Positions 1 to 5,137 of a DNA stretch of 8,257 nt are shown here, piece by piece (position 1 is the stretch's first letter; each line of letters begins with the position of its first letter). Source of the stretch: Nitrososphaerota archaeon (lineage in GTDB: Archaea > Thermoproteota > Nitrososphaeria > Nitrososphaerales > UBA57); the NCBI GenBank assembly GCA_013306035.1, contig JABUBF010000017.1, positions 53,783 to 62,039 on the forward strand, read 5' to 3'. Below the pieces are notes generated by a model, which was not told the DNA's origin, searched no databases, and saw only the letters and a program-made list of their open reading frames with translations. The translations under genes were made by a program, and so were the position numbers.

Positions 1-2358
1 ATGAAAGTTTTGAAGGCCAGATATTTGTTAAAATTTGAAGATGGAAAACAAGAAAAGCCAGATGAATTATTCAGAAGAGTTGCAGGAGCAATAGCAAGTG
101 CAGATGAAGAATATCAGGACTTTGATAAAGAAGAATCCAAGGAAATATTTTATAAAATGATGAAGAGTTTCGAATTCTTACCAAATTCTCCAACGCTAAT
201 GAATGCAGGAGCGCCATTAGGGCAGTTATCAGCGTGCTTCGTATTGCCTGTGGAGGATAATACTATTTCAATACTAGATGCAGTAAAAACTCAGGCCATA
301 GTACAAAAAACAGGAGGGGGAACAGGTTTTTCATTCTCAAAGCTAAGACCAGAAGGAGACCAAGTAGGTTCCACAGGATCAGTAGCATCAGGACCTGTAT
401 CATTTATGCAATTATTTGATAAATGTACACAAGTAATCAAACAAGGAGGAAAAAGAAGAGGAGCAAATATGGGAATAGTAAATATCGAACATCCAGATGT
501 GGTAGAATTTATTGAAATGAAACGCAATAACATGAAACTGCCAGAAGAAGCAAAAATTATGAAAGAATTTAATGTTTCAGTGGCAATAACTGACAACTTT
601 ATGAATAGATTGGAAAAAGAAGAATATCATAAATTTATTAATCCAAGAACTGGAAAAGAAGTTTTAAAATGTAATAAATGTAGGAAAAATGTCTATCCGT
701 CGGAAGACGAAGTAAAATGTAAGTTATGTGGAGGAGAAGGTGAAAGAATCAAAGCAAGAGAACTATGGCAGAAAATTATTGATTGTGCATGGGAATGTGC
801 AGATCCAGGATTAATTTTTATAGACAAAATAAATAACAGTAACTCGAATCCAGTTAGAGAGTATTTTAAAATTGAATCAACGAATCCATGTGGTGAAGTT
901 CCACTACTTCCAAATGAGAGTTGTAATCTAGGTTCTATAAATGTTGCGAAATTTATCAATGCAAACAATGATGGTATAGATTGGGATAAACTTCGAGAAT
1001 GTATAAGAAATGCAATACATTTTCTTGACAATGTTGTTACAAAGAATAAACATCCAACAAAAGAAATTGAAGAATTATCACATAACATGAGACGATTAGG
1101 ACTCGGTGTAATGGGATTAGCAGATTTATTAAGTAAATTAAGAATAAAATATGGTTCAGAAGAATCATTTCGTTTTTCAAGAGAATTAATGAAATTTATT
1201 TCAGAGGTAGCTTGGAAAATGTCTGAAGAGTTAGCAGAAACCAGAGGTACATTTCCATATTGGGACAAAAGTGATTTTGCGAAAATTGGAAGAAAAGTCA
1301 GAAATGTAAATTGTACGATTATCGCCCCTACAGGTTCGATTGGAACAATAGCAAACTGTTCACCAGGGATAGAACCGCATTTTGCTTTAGTTTTTGTCAG
1401 GTACTCAAGGATTAAAGAAAGAAGTGAAGACTTTGAAGAACTTCATTACCTAAATGAATCATTTACGATAGCATTAGAAGACCATAACATCATTCTAGAT
1501 AAAGAAAAGATAAAAGAAATTTCTGAAAACGGAGGAAGTGTTCAGAATATATCTTGGGTTCCTAAAGAAATAAAAGAAATGTTTCCAATTGCAGCAGATT
1601 TATCTGGAAATCAACACGTTCTCATGCAATCGGCTTTTCAAGAATTTGTTGATGACGGAGTAAGTAAAACAATAAACCTTGCGAATGAAGCAACCAAAGA
1701 AGATGTAAATGAGTCCTATAGATTAGCCTATAACACGCATTGTAAGGGCATAACAGTATACAGAGATGGATGCCTAGATGTTCAGGTTCTAGAAACCGAT
1801 AAGACTAAAAACCTTCGTGGAAATAAATCTACGCATGTACTTCCTGGAGGATATAAAAGGCCAGAATACCTTATAGGAAGGACTTATAGATTCACTTATA
1901 CAAATAGCGGATTATTCATAACAATAAATAGAGATCAAGAAGGAAGACCAAGAGAAGTATTCATAGAAAGAGGAAAATCAGGAGACGAAGAAAAGGCAGC
2001 ATATGAAGGAATGGGCAGACTGATTTCAATAGCATTACAGTCAGATGTTGATGTTAAATCAATAATAAAGACAATGAGAGGAATACAAACAAAGAATATA
2101 TCTTGGCATCAGACAAAAGGTACAAGTATTCCAATTAGATCAGTTCCAGATGCAGTTGCTCATGCATTAGCAGATTCAATACATGCAGAATCGGAAGTAA
2201 TAATTACAGACAAACAAGAAATAGAGAATAAAGTATTAGAAGTATCAGGTACAAGTACAAATAATAGAAGTAAATGTACAGCGTGTGGAGAAATGAGTCT
2301 AATATATGCAGAAGGTTGTAGTAAATGTTTATCTTGTGCTTATTCTAGCTGTGGTTAG
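1..2358 (+). CDS. nrdJ: Class II (adenosylcobalamin-dependent) ribonucleotide reductase; may be 5'-partial because the ORF starts at window base 1
   Basis: Class II RNR blocks are present along the whole 785-aa translation: KVLxARYLL, PNSPTLMNAG, TGGGTGFSFSKLRPEGD, GPVSFMQLFD, GGKRRGANMG. The catalytic motif NPCGE has its Cys TGT at 889-891 (class I enzymes have NLCxEI). Further blocks are IIAPTGSIG, VSKTINL and KGITVYRDGC. A Cys-rich C-terminal tail, CxxC-x11-CxxCxxC-x4-C (2275-2355), is typical of class II enzymes. Stop TAG at 2356-2358. No upstream sequence is available to test the start; some homologues (e.g. Thermotoga maritima NrdJ) have roughly 25 residues before the KVLxxRYL block. 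Confidence 0.93.
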   Translation: MKVLKARYLLKFEDGKQEKPDELFRRVAGAIASADEEYQDFDKEESKEIFYKMMKSFEFLPNSPTLMNAGAPLGQLSACFVLPVEDNTISILDAVKTQAIVQKTGGGTGFSFSKLRPEGDQVGSTGSVASGPVSFMQLFDKCTQVIKQGGKRRGANMGIVNIEHPDVVEFIEMKRNNMKLPEEAKIMKEFNVSVAITDNFMNRLEKEEYHKFINPRTGKEVLKCNKCRKNVYPSEDEVKCKLCGGEGERIKARELWQKIIDCAWECADPGLIFIDKINNSNSNPVREYFKIESTNPCGEVPLLPNESCNLGSINVAKFINANNDGIDWDKLRECIRNAIHFLDNVVTKNKHPTKEIEELSHNMRRLGLGVMGLADLLSKLRIKYGSEESFRFSRELMKFISEVAWKMSEELAETRGTFPYWDKSDFAKIGRKVRNVNCTIIAPTGSIGTIANCSPGIEPHFALVFVRYSRIKERSEDFEELHYLNESFTIALEDHNIILDKEKIKEISENGGSVQNISWVPKEIKEMFPIAADLSGNQHVLMQSAFQEFVDDGVSKTINLANEATKEDVNESYRLAYNTHCKGITVYRDGCLDVQVLETDKTKNLRGNKSTHVLPGGYKRPEYLIGRTYRFTYTNSGLFITINRDQEGRPREVFIERGKSGDEEKAAYEGMGRLISIALQSDVDVKSIIKTMRGIQTKNISWHQTKGTSIPIRSVPDAVAHALADSIHAESEVIITDKQEIENKVLEVSGTSTNNRSKCTACGEMSLIYAEGCSKCLSCAYSSCG

Positions 2359-3302
2359 AAAGATGAATTTTCTGTAAAGATAAGATAAAGTAATGTAGAT
2401 CTGATTAATTTTCCATAACGTACTTGATTAAAATATTTTGCAAATACAGTGTGATCAATTTCACTAGGTATCTCATCAGAACGAGGCATAGGATGAAGTA
2501 AAATAAGATTTTCGTTTGCTTGATTTAATAGATTTATATCAATTTTATAAGAACCTTTTACTCTTTCATATTCTTCCAAATCAGGAAATCGTTCTTTTTG
2601 AATCCTAGTAGTATAAATCACGTCAAGATCAGAAATTATATCTTGAAGATTATCATGAGTTGTTATATTTAATCGGTCTTGAAGTTCTAGCAGAGGATCT
2701 GGCCGAAGTTGAAGAGGTTTAGGAGAAATAAGGTGGATATTTGGTTTGTAATTAGAAAGAGCGTATAAAAGTGAATAAACAGTTCTTCCATATTTAAGAT
2801 CGCCAAAAATAGCAATATTTAATCCGTCAACTTTACCACATTCATTCATTATGGTAAAAACATCCAACATCGCTTGTGTAGGATGTTCTTCACTTCCACT
2901 ACCCGCATTAATAATTGGGCTTTGGCAGATTTCGGAAGCGTATCTTGATACACCTTCACTTGCATGGCGTAAGATTATAGCATCAACGTATTGGTCCATA
3001 GTAAGTAGACTATCACTAAGATTTTCCCCTTTTTGTATAGAGGTGCTTGAAGGATCTCCAAAGCTGATTGACTTACCATCTAATGAATTCATAGCAGATT
3101 CAAAACTTAACCTAGTTCTTGTACTAGGTTCGAAGAACATCAGTCCAATAGATTTGCCACTTAACGAATCATTAGGCAAATTTGTTTTGAGGTTATCAGC
3201 GACTTTAAACAAATAGTCTAAATCAGGACGGTGAAAATCCTTTATCGAAACAATATCGCGGTTATAAAATGGATTTTTCAATCTTTTGATTAATGTATAC
3301 AC
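2355..3302 (-). CDS. pyrB: Aspartate carbamoyltransferase catalytic subunit. The tracked start is GTG at 3302; an in-frame TTG at 3281 is a plausible alternative start.
   Basis: Carbamoyl-phosphate site FFEPSTRTRLSFESAM, HPTQAMLD, GDLKYGRTV, TRIQKERF and LLHPMPR (a variant of HPLPR). Collinear with archaeal PyrB over about 310 aa. Stop TAA at 2357-2355. No ATG is available in frame at the 5' end. Confidence 0.95.
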   Translation of the reverse strand: MYTLIKRLKNPFYNRDIVSIKDFHRPDLDYLFKVADNLKTNLPNDSLSGKSIGLMFFEPSTRTRLSFESAMNSLDGKSISFGDPSSTSIQKGENLSDSLLTMDQYVDAIILRHASEGVSRYASEICQSPIINAGSGSEEHPTQAMLDVFTIMNECGKVDGLNIAIFGDLKYGRTVYSLLYALSNYKPNIHLISPKPLQLRPDPLLELQDRLNITTHDNLQDIISDLDVIYTTRIQKERFPDLEEYERVKGSYKIDINLLNQANENLILLHPMPRSDEIPSEIDHTVFAKYFNQVRYGKLIRSTLLYLIFTENSSF

Positions 3303-3318
3303 ACATTAATATAAATGT
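3303..3318. promoter_or_regulatory. A/T-rich inverted repeat ACATT-AATATA-AATGT containing TATA-box-like sequence in both orientations; candidate bidirectional archaeal promoter core for pyrB and pyrI
   Basis: It is the strongest TATA-like element in the 41-nt pyrB/pyrI spacer. It reads TTTATATT on the minus strand and TTAATATA/ATATAAAT on the plus strand. Its centre is about 33 nt from the pyrI ATG (3344) and about 30 nt from the pyrB TTG (3281). Neither gene has an SD. Confidence 0.45.
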
Positions 3319-3343
3319 TGCAATAAGTAGAATGAACTAAGAA

Positions 3344-3805
3344 ATGACAGAAACATATGATTTGAGAATAAGCAGGATAAAACACGGCACAGTATTGGAT
3401 CATATTATAGCAGGAAGAGCATTTAATGTGCTATCTGCTCTTGACATTAATGGAACGGATGGAAATCAAGTGTCAGTGGCAATGAATGTTTCAAGTAAAC
3501 AATATAGTAAGAAAGACATAATAAAAATTGAGAATAGGATACTGGCAGTAGAGGAGACAAATCGACTAGCTTTGATAACACCGAATTCAACCATTAATAT
3601 AATTGAGAATTATGAGATAACAGAAAAAAGAAATGTAGAATTGCCAAAGAAATTTACAGGAGTATTTAAATGTACAAATCCAACATGTATCTCGAATTCA
3701 AGCGAGCCAATTATCTCCGAATTGTTGATAATTAATAATGATCCACCAAGATTGAAATGCAAATATTGTACTAGAATTTCATTAACAGAAGAGATACTAA
3801 AGTAA
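3344..3805 (+). CDS. pyrI: Aspartate carbamoyltransferase regulatory subunit
   Basis: Collinear with E. coli PyrI: IKHGTVLDHI (E. coli IKRGTVIDHI), KDIIKIENR (KDLIKIEN), NIIENYEI (NRIDNYEV). C-terminal zinc domain CTNPTC ... LKCKYC (E. coli CPNSNC ... LKCKYC). Tandem stops TAATAA at 3803-3808. Confidence 0.95.
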   Translation: MTETYDLRISRIKHGTVLDHIIAGRAFNVLSALDINGTDGNQVSVAMNVSSKQYSKKDIIKIENRILAVEETNRLALITPNSTINIIENYEITEKRNVELPKKFTGVFKCTNPTCISNSSEPIISELLIINNDPPRLKCKYCTRISLTEEILK

Positions 3806-3821
3806 TAAACAAGAATTTACA

Positions 3822-4034
3822 TTGGTGAAAAATAAAATAATAAAAAAAGGGTTTAGGCTTGTTCCGACAATACTCATAACATCACTATCATTAACTGGGG
3901 CATTAGTGGGAATATATTTACACGAGGCTATAGATAACCCCGCATCAATAATTATTCCATTCATCCTGCCAGTTATAGGACTGATAATAGCTGTTCTATT
4001 AACAATGAAATTAGCAAGAATAATTAATTATTAA
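3822..4034 (+). CDS. Hypothetical small membrane protein (70 aa, two predicted TM helices)
   Basis: The frame stays open in a very AT-rich context. Two hydrophobic stretches (LVPTILITSLSLTGALVGIYL and SIIIPFILPVIGLIIAVLLTM) are flanked by basic termini (KNKIIKKGFR, KLAR), consistent with the positive-inside rule. The start is uncertain (TTG 3822 or GTG 3825) and there is no clear SD. I recognise no family. Confidence 0.5.
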   Translation: MVKNKIIKKGFRLVPTILITSLSLTGALVGIYLHEAIDNPASIIIPFILPVIGLIIAVLLTMKLARIINY

Positions 4035-4039
4035 TTATC

Positions 4040-4354
4040 TTAGCTTCCCAAGATTAATAGAGCGACAACTATTCCATAAATAGCAACGGCTTCTGCAAGT
4101 GCAGTAATGATCATACCATATGTTTTTAGGTTTTCATTTTCTGCGGCTGCAGCTAAACTAGCTGAACCTGCTCGTCCAATTGCCATTCCTGCACCGATGG
4201 TAGCTCCTGCAAATGCAATTCCTGCACCGAGGAATTTCATTCCGTCGGAGGACACTCCACCTTCTTCTTGTGCATATGCCAAAGGCACAAACTGTAGAAA
4301 TAGTGTTGCAATTATTGTCAACGTTATAAATGATATTTTGTAGTTCATTTTCAT
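4040..4354 (-). CDS. atpK: A-type ATP synthase proteolipid (c / K subunit) with a 38-residue N-terminal hydrophobic extension
   Basis: Gly/Ala-rich helical hairpin GAGIAFAGATIGAGMAIGRAGSASLAAAAENENLKTYGMIITALAEAVAIYGIVVALLILGS, with the conserved carboxylate Glu88 (GAA at 4093-4091) in helix 2. It is the last gene of the ATPase operon. SD AAGGAG lies at 4363-4358. Confidence 0.9.
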   Translation of the reverse strand: MKMNYKISFITLTIIATLFLQFVPLAYAQEEGGVSSDGMKFLGAGIAFAGATIGAGMAIGRAGSASLAAAAENENLKTYGMIITALAEAVAIYGIVVALLILGS

Positions 4355-4357
4355 TAA

Positions 4358-4363
4358 CTCCTT
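4358..4363 (-). promoter_or_regulatory. Shine-Dalgarno site for atpK
   Basis: The minus strand reads CATAAGGAGTTAATGAAAATG. AAGGAG lies 3 nt before ATG 4354 and 9 nt before the second ATG (Met3). Confidence 0.6.
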
Positions 4364-4373
4364 ATGTTCATAA

Positions 4374-4499
4374 TTACTTTTCCAATTCTTTATAAGCCTT
4401 AGCTTTTGCAGAAATGATTTCTTTTTTTAGGTCATTAATATCTGAGTCATATTGCTTTTTAATTTTTTCACTTAATTTTTCATATTCTTTATTATCCAT
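4374..4499 (-). CDS. Small ORF (41 aa) within the ATPase operon, absent from the supplied ORF track; predicted single amphipathic helix and possible small ATPase-associated subunit
   Basis: My manual translation from ATG 4499-4497 to TAA 4376-4374 gives MDNKEYEKLSEKIKKQYDSDINDLKKEIISAKAKAYKELEK. SD GAGGTGA (4511-4505) lies 5 nt upstream and overlaps the atpD stop. The ORF fills the only sizeable gap in the operon. Confidence 0.6.
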   Translation of the reverse strand: MDNKEYEKLSEKIKKQYDSDINDLKKEIISAKAKAYKELEK

Positions 4500-4504
4500 A
4501 AATT

Positions 4505-4511
4505 TCACCTC
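4505..4511 (-). promoter_or_regulatory. Shine-Dalgarno site (GAGGTGA) for the 41-codon ORF, overlapping the atpD TGA stop
   Basis: The minus strand reads AGAGGTGAAATTTATG, a 7-nt match to the SD consensus GGAGGTGA with 5-nt spacing to the ATG. Confidence 0.6.
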
Positions 4512-5137
4512 TTACGTTCAAGTACTTTTTTAACATGTTTTAATCTTGTAAAATCTTCTCTTTCCCTTTCCTCTAATATGGAAGAAATATATTTAATTGA
4601 TTCATCATAACCGGGAATTATTACATAATCTAATGCGTTAAGTAATCTTTGAGTTTTTTCAAGTGATCTAGCAAGCTCGAGAATTGAATTTTCATATTCT
4701 GCAGCGCGTAAAATTCTAGGCAGTGCAAGTCGCATCATTTGAGTTGCATCGTCTAATTTGGAATCAGAGTCGGCAAATCCATAATTTAAACCAATTTCTT
4801 TTTCACTAATTGAAATAGTAGGAATTCGGACGTCGACAACGACTTTGACATTAACGTCAACGTCGATATGTGAAGGAGATGTTAGTGCAATTGATTCAAG
4901 TTTAGACGAACCTATTGACATGTAGGCGTTAAATAATGATCTATATGCATTAGATAATGGTTCGGACATTTCATTTCTTGCTTTTCCTGCTTTGTCAATC
5001 ATTTCATCGATATTTTTAAGAAGAACGTCTCTTTTGTCTTCAAGAATTTTATATACAGACTTTGCAACAACGAGACTTCGTTTAACTTTGATTAGTTCAA
5101 TTTTGGTTGGTGGTGGACGTTTGTTAGAACTTGACAT
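4505..5137 (-). CDS. atpD: A-type ATP synthase subunit D (central stalk)
   Basis: N-terminal PTKIELIKVKRSLVVAKSVYKILEDKRDVL and C-terminal QRLLNALDYVIIPGYDESIKYISSILEEREREDFTRLKHVKK match the conserved A/V-type D-subunit ends (PTRxELxxLKxRL ... RRVNALE.VxIP ... E.ERE.F.RLK). The ATG at 5137-5135 overlaps the atpB TAA (TAATG). Confidence 0.9.
   Translation of the reverse strand: MSSSNKRPPPTKIELIKVKRSLVVAKSVYKILEDKRDVLLKNIDEMIDKAGKARNEMSEPLSNAYRSLFNAYMSIGSSKLESIALTSPSHIDVDVNVKVVVDVRIPTISISEKEIGLNYGFADSDSKLDDATQMMRLALPRILRAAEYENSILELARSLEKTQRLLNALDYVIIPGYDESIKYISSILEEREREDFTRLKHVKKVLERKR

Noticed and set aside
693-1268. 191-aa ORF antisense to nrdJ; the 291-596 antisense ORF is similar
   Set aside because: It lies wholly inside a strongly supported CDS. 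The translation is low-complexity and Ser/Phe/Leu/Ile-rich, as expected from reverse-reading GAA/AAA-rich codons. There is no SD or promoter context and no recognisable motifs. It is a shadow ORF.
1-2358. Possible intein or intron in the RNR gene, which is common in archaeal RNRs
   Set aside because: RNR homology blocks are contiguous along the whole ORF at normal spacing. The only extra segment is the roughly 25-residue Cys insert, which is far too small for an intein and lacks intein splice-junction motifs.
2851-3216. 121-aa ORF antisense to pyrB
   Set aside because: Shadow ORF inside a well-supported gene, with no start context and no recognisable domain.
4107-4343. 78-aa Ala/Pro-rich ORF antisense to atpK
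   Set aside because: It is a by-product of the GC-richer Gly/Ala codons of the proteolipid read in reverse. The atpK reading has the conserved hairpin and carboxylate, while this ORF has no supporting features.
4388-4396. TATA-like CTTTATAAG inside the 41-codon ORF, about 38 nt upstream of atpK, as a possible internal promoter boosting c-subunit expression
   Set aside because: TATA-like strings are frequent by chance in DNA this AT-rich. No BRE-like context could be established and the spacing is not compelling. It cannot be supported without transcription-start data.
4828-4870. Local GC-rich cluster of short palindromes and repeats (GACGTC, GTCGAC, AACGTCAACGTCGA) in atpD
   Set aside because: It is explained by repeated Val/Asp codons encoding HIDVDVNVKVVVDVR. 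It lies inside the CDS with no flanking signal suggesting a separate element.
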